Below, piece by piece: positions 26,040 to 34,458 of a stretch of 34,458 nt of DNA (position 1 is the first letter of the stretch; the number at the start of each line of letters is the position of its first letter). The stretch is from a virus (taxonomy: Duplodnaviria; Caudoviricetes), in the IMG/VR virus record IMGVR_UViG_3300025396_000041, positions 1 to 34,458 of that record; one strand, given 5' to 3'. Both the position numbers and the translations under genes were made by a program. The notes beneath the pieces are model-generated. The model made no database searches. It was not told the origin of the DNA and saw only the letters and a program-made list of their open reading frames with translations.

Positions 26040-26059
26040 AAAACGCCATTTTCCTTAAT

Positions 26060-26067
26060 GATAAATA
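26060..26067 (+). promoter_or_regulatory. Putative late promoter GATAAATA
   Basis: Intergenic, 21 nt upstream of the gp6-like ATG. Confidence 0.65.
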
Positions 26068-26088
26068 CATTATTGAGAGAATAAACCT

Positions 26089-29000
26089 ATGGCAACAAGT
26101 TCAAGACAATCAGCAATCTTTGGGGTAAACGATTGGAAATCAATCTATAAAAATTATAGCCAAGCCGATTTCCAGAGCTATGACTATGAAACACTACGAA
26201 AAGTGTTTGTAGATTATCTACGTACCAACTACCCTGAAACATTTAATGACTATGTTGAGTCTAGTGAATACGTTGCTTTGCTTGACGTTATCGCATACAT
26301 GGGCCAAGCCCTTGCTTTCCGTAACGACTTAAACACCCGTGAAAACTTTATTGACACCGCTGAACGTAGAGACAGTGTTGTTAAACTAGCTAACTTAGTT
26401 GGCTACACTCCCAAACGTAATTTAGCCGGTCAAGGGTTTGTTAAGATTATCAATATTGCTACCACTGAGCAGATCCGTGATATCAATAATGTGAACTTGA
26501 CTAATTTGACTATTCTATGGAATGACGCAGCAAACTCAAATTGGCAACAACAGTTTAACACAGTATTAAATGCCGCATTTATCAACGCACAACGAGTTGG
26601 TAATCCTGGGCATTCAGCAACAATCGCAGATATTAAAACTGATGAATATAGTATTCAGCTTCCATTAGGAACTACTCCCGCTATCAAATTTAATGCTAAT
26701 ATCAACAATGTCAACATGAATTTTGAATGCGTTAGTATGTCTAGCGTAAATTCAAATACATTGTATGAAATGGATCCGGGTATTAATTCATACTTCAACG
26801 TACTATATCGTAATGATTTGTTAGGTTATGGTAGTGCTAATACAGGGTTTTTCTTGTACTTTAAACAAGGTACACTACAAACATATACATTTACCTTAGC
26901 TAATCAATTAGCTAATCAAACCGTTGATATTCCAATTCAAGGTATTAACAATGAAGATACTTGGTTGTATAAGATTGATCCAATTTCACAAGCATTGAGT
27001 CAATGGAATCAAGTAGATAGCATCTACTCAACCACATACACAAAGACACCAAATCAAACAGTGTTCAGTGTAACATCAGGATATAATGACCAAGTTACAT
27101 ATAACTTTGGTGATGGAACTTTTGGACAAATTCCTGTAGGTAGCTTTATTTCCTATGTTCGTGCAGGAGATGCAACGACATATACAATTGATCCTAGCGA
27201 GTTACAGGGTACAACAATTCAAATCCCATACACAAGTGCTCAAGGTCGTACAGAGACATTGACAATTGGCATCGAACTAACATTGCCTGTTTCAAATGCA
27301 CAAGCACGTGAAACATTAGCTAATATTAAAGAACGTGCTCCACAACGTTACTATACACAAAATCGTATGGTAAATGGCGAAGACTATAATAACTTCCCAT
27401 TCACACTATACAGTTCAATCATCAAAAGTAAAGCATTGAACCGTAGTAGTGTTGGCGTAAGTCGTAACTACGATTTACTAGACCCAAGCGCACGTTATTC
27501 AAGCACTAATGATTTTAGTGATGATGGTGGTTTATTCCAAATTACTGATGATGGCTTTGTCAATTTAACAGTTTCAACTACTAATGATATTGTTAGATTT
27601 TTAACAGATAACTTAGCAAGCATCCTAAGCAGTAACCGTTCTTATCAATTCTATGTTCAAGAATTCACACGTTATCTTGCTGAATCTGATTACGGCACTG
27701 GTGAAGTATTTTGGAATCAAACAACAAATGATGCAACTGAATGTACAGGTTTCTTTTTAAGTACAACAAACACGGGTGCGAGTCAAGCAGTTAACGTAGG
27801 CGTAGCTGCAAGTAACACAGTCAAGTACATTACTGAAGGAGCATTACTAGGTTTTATTCCTCCTGACGGATTCTACTTTGACACAAACAATCGTTTAGTT
27901 CCAGGATTGCCTGGACCTAGTGATATTACTGTTATTTGGACAAGCGTATCAAATATAGTAGGTGATGGATCAAATGCTGGTCAAGGTAATCTTTCAACTG
28001 GGGTTGGGCCAATCACTTTAACAAACCCAGTGCCAAGTGGTTGTATCTTAGTTTCAATCATGCCATCATTCACAAACGTGTTTGGTAACACATTGATTCA
28101 AAATATCATCACTTCTATAACATTGAATCAAAGTTTCACGTTGGTCTATAACAACTCATTGTTAGCTAACCAAGAGCGTTGGTCAATGAGCACAATTAGT
28201 GACCCTAGTTACTTTGTTAAGTTTACTAGTTTAGGTAACAATTCATATCAAGTAACGTATAGATCAACAATCTATTATTTTGGTAGTGTATCTAATATTA
28301 AATTTGTATTTGATGCTGACAAAATCATTTATGATTCTGTCACAGGTGAATTAATGAAGGATACAATCACCGTTTTGAAATCAAACAGTCAGTTTGGATC
28401 AAACTATCCAATCGCACAAGATGTAAAATTAGAAGTAGTTGGTCAAATGATTGAAAGTGATGGATATGTTGATGACTATTCTATTGAAGTTTCAACATCG
28501 GCATTGACAGTTCCGGGTACAAACAAGAACCCAGACTTCTTTAATGAACTAACTGGATTTGAATTTGGTGCATTGAACCTAAGACAATTTGTATTCTTCA
28601 ACCAAGTAACCGATACAAACTTGTTAACACGTTATGAAATGGTTGCATCTATTAATGTAGAATATAGCTATGGAACACTAAGTGACATTGCCAACGTAAA
28701 ATATGACTACCCGGTTGGCCAGATATTCTATGCAGTACTTGAAGGTAATTTCTATCAACTAATTCAAGATCCAACATATAGTAACATTGTTGATTTGGTA
28801 TTAGCACCAACATACAATGTTAAATTTGGTCGTCAAGGATTGTACTTCCAATATAGACATGTCTCCGGTGATTCTAATAGAGTTGATCCGGCAACTACAA
28901 ACATTATTGATTTGTATGTGTTGCCGCAAGGCTACTACACTAGCTATCAAAACTGGTTAGCTGATACTACTGGTAAAGTAAGTGAACCATTAGTACCAAC

Positions 29001-29457
29001 AATAACAGAATTAGCACAAGAATATAATCAGTTAAATAGTTATAAGATGTTAACCGACAGCATTATTTTAAACTGTGCAAAATTCAAACCATTGTTTGGA
29101 ACTAAAGCTCCTTCTGAGTTACAAGGTAAAATCAAACTTGTAAAAGCATCCACTACAAACGCAAGTGATGGTGAAATCATCACAACTGCATTGACAAACA
29201 TTAACGCATATTTTGATATTTCAAATTGGGACTTTGGAGATACATTCTATTTCAGCGAATTGAGTGCATACTTGCATTCTAAGATGGGAGATATGATTAG
29301 TTCAGCTATCTTAGTACCAAGTGATCCAACATTAGTATTTGGTGACTTATATGAAATTAAGTCTGCCCCATATGAAATTTTTGTCAGTGCTGCTACAGCA
29401 TCAGACATCACAGTAATCACAGCATTGACCCCGGCTGAATTGACCCCTGCAGGATAA
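26089..29457 (+). CDS. gp6: Baseplate wedge protein (T4 gp6-like), extended
   Basis: Motifs LLDVIAY, ENFIDTAERRDSVVKLANLVGYTPKR, FGDGTFGQIP, ETLANIKERAP..Y.QNRMVNGEDY. Confidence 0.9.
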   Translation: MATSSRQSAIFGVNDWKSIYKNYSQADFQSYDYETLRKVFVDYLRTNYPETFNDYVESSEYVALLDVIAYMGQALAFRNDLNTRENFIDTAERRDSVVKLANLVGYTPKRNLAGQGFVKIINIATTEQIRDINNVNLTNLTILWNDAANSNWQQQFNTVLNAAFINAQRVGNPGHSATIADIKTDEYSIQLPLGTTPAIKFNANINNVNMNFECVSMSSVNSNTLYEMDPGINSYFNVLYRNDLLGYGSANTGFFLYFKQGTLQTYTFTLANQLANQTVDIPIQGINNEDTWLYKIDPISQALSQWNQVDSIYSTTYTKTPNQTVFSVTSGYNDQVTYNFGDGTFGQIPVGSFISYVRAGDATTYTIDPSELQGTTIQIPYTSAQGRTETLTIGIELTLPVSNAQARETLANIKERAPQRYYTQNRMVNGEDYNNFPFTLYSSIIKSKALNRSSVGVSRNYDLLDPSARYSSTNDFSDDGGLFQITDDGFVNLTVSTTNDIVRFLTDNLASILSSNRSYQFYVQEFTRYLAESDYGTGEVFWNQTTNDATECTGFFLSTTNTGASQAVNVGVAASNTVKYITEGALLGFIPPDGFYFDTNNRLVPGLPGPSDITVIWTSVSNIVGDGSNAGQGNLSTGVGPITLTNPVPSGCILVSIMPSFTNVFGNTLIQNIITSITLNQSFTLVYNNSLLANQERWSMSTISDPSYFVKFTSLGNNSYQVTYRSTIYYFGSVSNIKFVFDADKIIYDSVTGELMKDTITVLKSNSQFGSNYPIAQDVKLEVVGQMIESDGYVDDYSIEVSTSALTVPGTNKNPDFFNELTGFEFGALNLRQFVFFNQVTDTNLLTRYEMVASINVEYSYGTLSDIANVKYDYPVGQIFYAVLEGNFYQLIQDPTYSNIVDLVLAPTYNVKFGRQGLYFQYRHVSGDSNRVDPATTNIIDLYVLPQGYYTSYQNWLADTTGKVSEPLVPTITELAQEYNQLNSYKMLTDSIILNCAKFKPLFGTKAPSELQGKIKLVKASTTNASDGEIITTALTNINAYFDISNWDFGDTFYFSELSAYLHSKMGDMISSAILVPSDPTLVFGDLYEIKSAPYEIFVSAATASDITVITALTPAELTPAG

Positions 29458-29471
29458 TATAGGTAATATAA

Positions 29472-32400
29472 ATGGCAACAATTAGAACACTTGATTTTTT
29501 ACCAGAGATTTTTCAAACTACACCTAACCAACAATTTTTATCATCTACGTTAGATGTGTTGGTTCAACAACCAGACTTCAATAGAGTGCAAGGTTTTATT
29601 GGTAGTAAGTTTGGTTATGGAGTCAAGAGTACAGATCAATATATCAAAGAACCAAATAGTATCCGTACTAACTATCAATTGGAACCTAGTATTGTTTTCA
29701 CAAAAACTGGTACTAGTAAGGCAGTTGATGTATTAACATATCCAGGTATCATTGATGCACTAAAATTGAATGGTGCCGCAACTGACAACCACAACTTATT
29801 ATTTTCCAGTGAATTCTACTCATGGGATAGTTTTGTTGACTTAGATAAAATGATTAACTATAGTCAGTACTACTGGATTCCAGAAGGTCCTGAAGCAGTA
29901 ACTGTCACGAATTCTGTTAATTATAGTCAATTAACATATACAGTAACGTCTACTGGGATTGACTATACCTTTGTTTCTGATAAGTTTGCGTTGTCTCAGG
30001 GTAACCCTGAGATTACATTAGTTCGTGGTGGAACATATGAATTCAATATTAATCAAAATACTGACTTTTGGATTCAAACTATTCCCGGTACATCTGGAAT
30101 TGATAGTGCAAGAGTAAATCAATCAACTAGAGAAATTTTTGGTGTTAGTAATAACGGTATAATGAATGGTACACTTACTTTTAATGTACCTTTTAGTGAT
30201 GCACAAAACTCAATGGTATATCCTAAAGGATTAGAAGTTGATTTAGTAGCTACGATGAATTTTGCAGACTTACAAGACATGCCTGCACAGGATGTTACTA
30301 TTGATGGGGTTGGTTACTTAGATAACAAAACAATCATTTTCTATGGTGCTGCACCACTAGACACTGGTACTATCAGTGGTTCAATCACACAAATCAACAA
30401 ACATTACTATACAGTTTCATATGTACTAGTTGATGGGGTAAGCACAATACAATTATCAGAAGCTGGCTTATTACCAGATAATGAAGCTATTCTAATCAGA
30501 ACAGGTACAGAATATATTGGTAGAGAGTTTGTTAAAAACTCATATGATTACATTTCTTTGATTCCTATTGTTACTGCATCATATGACACATTGTATTACC
30601 AAGATGGTACAGACCCAAATAAAGTCGGTGTAATCAAATTAGTTGATACGGCAACATCATCTTACATTGACGTTAACAATATTTTAGGCAAAACAACTTA
30701 CACTAGCCCTAACGGTATTACTTTCACAAATGGTTTAAAGATCACATTCCAAGGTAATGTAGTTCCAGAATCATACTTACAAGATAACTATTATGTTGAG
30801 GGCGTAGGTTCTAGCATCGTGCTGGTACCTGAATCAGCACTGTCAGTTCCTGAACAATTTGCTCAAGTTATTACTGTAGGAGACACTACTGTTAGATTAC
30901 CAGTAGATCAAGATTACTTGACTATTAATCGCGGGGCATTGAATAGAAATGCATGGAGCCGTAGCAATCGTTGGTTTCACGCTGATGTATTGAAACTCAC
31001 TATTGCAAATAATGTGTCTGCACCGTTAGCAAGCGCAGCATTAAGTAATTCATCAAGTATGGCTAAGCGCCCAATCTTAGAGTTCTATCCAAATTTAAAA
31101 TTATTTAATTATGGTTCTGTAGATTGTGGTGCAGTAACATACATTGACAATAACTCATATGACGCATTTAATCAAGTTGCCGGTCAAGTAAGTTTCAGAC
31201 CTGATGGTTCTACTAGTGCTATCACTAATGGTACTAGAATTATTTTTGCAGCAGATAATAACTTAGAAGTTAGAAGTAAAATTTATGAAGCACAGGTCGA
31301 GACTGTTGCTCCTACAAATTCAAATACATTAACAACAGTACTCAGAAAAATTGATACTCAAGTTCGTTTTGCTATTCCACAAACTACAGTTCCACCAACA
31401 GTTGGTAGATATTACACTGTAGCAGGTAACTCTAATTCTAGCTATAACGGAACATACATTGTTACTGATAGCACACAATCATCAGTGACTTTGTTGTATC
31501 CAGCGGATCCAGGTATATTTGGTAACACAGCAACAACTATTACTGTACAACCAGAAATCGTTTTAGTACCTGTTGTAGATATCAAGTTTAACGATATGAT
31601 TTCTGTATTGTCAGGTGACACGTTTGGTGGCAAGACATTCTATTTTGATGGTTCTGAATGGAACGAATCACAACAGAAAAACAATATCAATCAACCACCT
31701 TTGTTCGATTTGTTTGACTATCTAGGCAACAGCTTAGGTGACCCACATAGCTACCCAAGTTCTAGCTTTGTTGGTTGTACATTACTTGAATACAAAAAGG
31801 GCACTGGCACAAACGATTCTATCTTAGGATTCCCTATCAGCTACACAAGTATCAACAACTTAGGTGATGTTGAATTTAATATTTCCCTGAATAGCGATAC
31901 CTTTAACTACTCATTGAACGGTGTATCTACTACTGCGTTAGTTAAAACCGCATATGCATACGAATATACTTCAAACACTAATTTTATTAGAAAGATTGGT
32001 TGGCAAACTGCTGCTGATTTAAGCTATCAAAATCAAGTATTTGATTTGCAATATACTGGAATTCCAGGAACTCCTACATTTACTGTAGACATTGCAATGA
32101 AAGATCCTGCAACCACTAAGTGGCCTACCATTGTTGTTTATTCAGACAATGTACGTTTGGATCCAACTGGTTACACAGTTACTACAACTAGCAATAGTAC
32201 AACAGTTACATTAACAACTACTCCTGAAATTGGAACACCTGTTGTGATTATGCTATATAGTGACCAAGTAAGTAAGATAGGTTATTATGAAATCCCACCT
32301 ACACTAGAAAGCAATCCTTTCAATCAGGCGATTGGTTCTATCACATTGGGTGATGTTCGTGGACATTATAAGAGTATTTGCAACAACATATCTACTCTTA

Positions 32401-34458
32401 CCGGTATTGCATTTGGTGCAAACAACTACAGAGATTTAGGTAATCTAGTACCATTTGGTACTCGTATTGTTCAGAATAGTGCACCATTGGTTTTACCTGC
32501 CGCATTCATTAGAAACAATGACTATAATTTCTTTAATGCAACTACATTCAATGCATATGAATATGACAAGTTTAAGAATTTACTAGTTTCTAGTATTGAT
32601 ACACTTAACATTGATTTAACACAACCTGCGCCTGGTTTGTTAGATACCATACTTGGATTCTTAACTGCATCTGGTTTAGATTCTAGTTCGTTTTTTTGGA
32701 GCGATATGCTCCCATGTAAAACACCTACATATTCAAACACATACAGCTTTAAAACTAATCTACCTATCTCATTCTTTCAATTGAATCAGATATATGACTT
32801 TACTAAAGCAAATTACAATAGTGTCTTGGTTTATTTAACACGCACTACGGTAGACCAAGGTACAACGATTACGCAATTGGTAAGGGGTATTGATTATATT
32901 GTTTCTGACACTACTGCAAGATTAGAAATTGTTGCAGATTTGTTACCAAACGATACTATCACAATCAATGAATATGCACAAACATATGGTAATTTTGTAC
33001 CTAGCACTCCAACTAAACTTGGATTGTATCCTGCATTCATCCCAGAAGTAGTATTGGATGACACATACACAACTCCAACATACTTTATCAGAGGTCACGA
33101 TGGTTCTCAGACTAAATTATATGGAGATTATGTCAATGAATTGTTGACTGACTTACGTGACAAAGTATTGTTAGAATTTGAATTACGAGTCTTTAACAAC
33201 TTAAAAGTTTCCAGTTCTGTTTCAGTTGGACTAGATCAACTAGTACCAGGTAAAGACAGAGATGTTGGCTACACATACAACGACTATCTTTCAGTTTATT
33301 CAACATTGTTTTTAAACTGGGTTGGTACGAATCGTATTAATTATACAACACAGAATTATGATGCGTTCAATGAGAAAACATGGAACTATTCAGGTAGTAG
33401 TTTAAAATCAGATGGATCATTGTTAACTTCTGGCAACTGGAAGGGCATCTATCTATGGTTATACGACACTGTATACCCTCACACACGCCCGTGGGAAATG
33501 TTAGGGTTAACAATTAAACCAACATGGTGGGATAGTTATTACGGTGCAGCACCTTATACAAGTGAAAACACAGTAATGTGGACAGACATTAGTAATGGTT
33601 TTGTCTATAACAACGGTGATTCATATATTAACAAACAACGCATTAGACCTGATCTATTATCTATGATTCCTGTTGACAATCAAGGTAATTTGATATTACC
33701 GTTCAGCAACTTCATAGGTAGCTATAACTTTGAACAATTTAAAAATAATTGGAAAGTAGGCGACATGGGTCCTACTGAGTACTCATATCGTTCAAGTAGC
33801 GCATGGCCGTTTGATTTGATGAAAATTGCAGCATTGATGCGCCCAGCTAAGTTCTTTACATACAACATTGATTTGGATGTATATTCACATAATCAAGAGT
33901 TTGGACAATGGCTAGTCTATGGTAGGTTACGTACAAACATTGGTGATCCTAATAATCTATTAAATTTCTATGGAACTGATGCCACTGCTGCTGAACATAG
34001 TTACTTGAACTGGATTATTGATTATCAAAAACAATTTGGTATGAACGGCACCAGCCAAATCGTTGATTTGTTTACTAATTCTGATGTAAGACTTTCTTAC
34101 AGAATGGCAGGATTTAGTGATAAGACATTGTTGAACTTTATGTTAGAAATGGGTTCAGCATCAGCGAATTCATTACTAGTTCCTGAAGATAGTTATTCAG
34201 TGTTGTTGTACAACAACCAACCAACAGATACATTAATCTATAGCCCAGTTATTATTCAAATATCTAATAATGGTTTCAGAGTTTATGGTAATAAACAAGT
34301 CAATGCATACTTCATTACATCAGCTCCTAAGTTAGGAATATTTGATACTATTGCAATTGATACGGTTAGTGCTCAAGTGCCTAGAAATTATTTTAACGAC
34401 AAGACTATCACATATCCATACGGCGCTGAATTTGAAACGGTTGACGACTTGTTAACTT
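29472..34458 (+). CDS. Giant baseplate wedge/structural protein (gp7-like position), 3'-partial, >1660 aa (absent from ORF track)
   Basis: ATG at 29472 gives MATIRTLDFLPEIFQT, with AGGT upstream. The same frame is open at the right edge (...EFETVDDLLT), and the track lists no stop-terminated ORF from this start. The N-terminal LPxxF pattern and the position after gp6 suggest a gp7-like role. Confidence 0.85.
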   Translation, partial: MATIRTLDFLPEIFQTTPNQQFLSSTLDVLVQQPDFNRVQGFIGSKFGYGVKSTDQYIKEPNSIRTNYQLEPSIVFTKTGTSKAVDVLTYPGIIDALKLNGAATDNHNLLFSSEFYSWDSFVDLDKMINYSQYYWIPEGPEAVTVTNSVNYSQLTYTVTSTGIDYTFVSDKFALSQGNPEITLVRGGTYEFNINQNTDFWIQTIPGTSGIDSARVNQSTREIFGVSNNGIMNGTLTFNVPFSDAQNSMVYPKGLEVDLVATMNFADLQDMPAQDVTIDGVGYLDNKTIIFYGAAPLDTGTISGSITQINKHYYTVSYVLVDGVSTIQLSEAGLLPDNEAILIRTGTEYIGREFVKNSYDYISLIPIVTASYDTLYYQDGTDPNKVGVIKLVDTATSSYIDVNNILGKTTYTSPNGITFTNGLKITFQGNVVPESYLQDNYYVEGVGSSIVLVPESALSVPEQFAQVITVGDTTVRLPVDQDYLTINRGALNRNAWSRSNRWFHADVLKLTIANNVSAPLASAALSNSSSMAKRPILEFYPNLKLFNYGSVDCGAVTYIDNNSYDAFNQVAGQVSFRPDGSTSAITNGTRIIFAADNNLEVRSKIYEAQVETVAPTNSNTLTTVLRKIDTQVRFAIPQTTVPPTVGRYYTVAGNSNSSYNGTYIVTDSTQSSVTLLYPADPGIFGNTATTITVQPEIVLVPVVDIKFNDMISVLSGDTFGGKTFYFDGSEWNESQQKNNINQPPLFDLFDYLGNSLGDPHSYPSSSFVGCTLLEYKKGTGTNDSILGFPISYTSINNLGDVEFNISLNSDTFNYSLNGVSTTALVKTAYAYEYTSNTNFIRKIGWQTAADLSYQNQVFDLQYTGIPGTPTFTVDIAMKDPATTKWPTIVVYSDNVRLDPTGYTVTTTSNSTTVTLTTTPEIGTPVVIMLYSDQVSKIGYYEIPPTLESNPFNQAIGSITLGDVRGHYKSICNNISTLTGIAFGANNYRDLGNLVPFGTRIVQNSAPLVLPAAFIRNNDYNFFNATTFNAYEYDKFKNLLVSSIDTLNIDLTQPAPGLLDTILGFLTASGLDSSSFFWSDMLPCKTPTYSNTYSFKTNLPISFFQLNQIYDFTKANYNSVLVYLTRTTVDQGTTITQLVRGIDYIVSDTTARLEIVADLLPNDTITINEYAQTYGNFVPSTPTKLGLYPAFIPEVVLDDTYTTPTYFIRGHDGSQTKLYGDYVNELLTDLRDKVLLEFELRVFNNLKVSSSVSVGLDQLVPGKDRDVGYTYNDYLSVYSTLFLNWVGTNRINYTTQNYDAFNEKTWNYSGSSLKSDGSLLTSGNWKGIYLWLYDTVYPHTRPWEMLGLTIKPTWWDSYYGAAPYTSENTVMWTDISNGFVYNNGDSYINKQRIRPDLLSMIPVDNQGNLILPFSNFIGSYNFEQFKNNWKVGDMGPTEYSYRSSSAWPFDLMKIAALMRPAKFFTYNIDLDVYSHNQEFGQWLVYGRLRTNIGDPNNLLNFYGTDATAAEHSYLNWIIDYQKQFGMNGTSQIVDLFTNSDVRLSYRMAGFSDKTLLNFMLEMGSASANSLLVPEDSYSVLLYNNQPTDTLIYSPVIIQISNNGFRVYGNKQVNAYFITSAPKLGIFDTIAIDTVSAQVPRNYFNDKTITYPYGAEFETVDDLLT

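Noticed and set aside
615-29457. Stop-codon recoding (alternative genetic code) as seen in some large phages
   Set aside because: All core genes translate full-length with code 11 and coding density is high. The stops I checked are TAA or TGA.

Overview
This is an AT-rich segment of a large T4-related myovirus. The gene content and the giant baseplate protein suggest a jumbo phage of the Rak2/GAP32/Atu_ph07-like type, which is my inference and not a search result. Left arm (minus strand, read right to left): tape-measure-like protein with a peptidase-M15-like motif, portal, small head protein, acidic core protein, prohead protease, scaffold, major capsid protein, then three paralogous modular fibre/decoration genes, the last running off the left end. 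Centre: a gp26-like/gp51-like pair on + that appears joined by a programmed -1 frameshift (T TTT TTC, 5-nt spacer, perfect 13-bp hairpin). It converges on a ~540-nt non-coding interval. Behind the late sigma factor (gp55), gp47, gp46 and Holliday-junction-resolvase genes, that interval holds a ~380-nt multi-helix RNA candidate on the minus strand, an AT-rich tract and a branched GCGAAGC-type hairpin element. Right arm (+): baseplate module (tube-like protein, gp53/LysM-like, hub, gp5-like spike, gp25, gp6) and a >1660-aa wedge protein that runs off the right end. A late-promoter motif (G/C)ATAAATA or (A/G)CTAA(A/G)TA recurs upstream of structural genes and in several cases predicts leaderless mRNAs. 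The best leads for something new are the resolvase-linked structured RNA/origin-like locus (13109-13600) and the gp26-gp51 frameshift. Product calls come from motif recognition only, and base pairings were found by eye.
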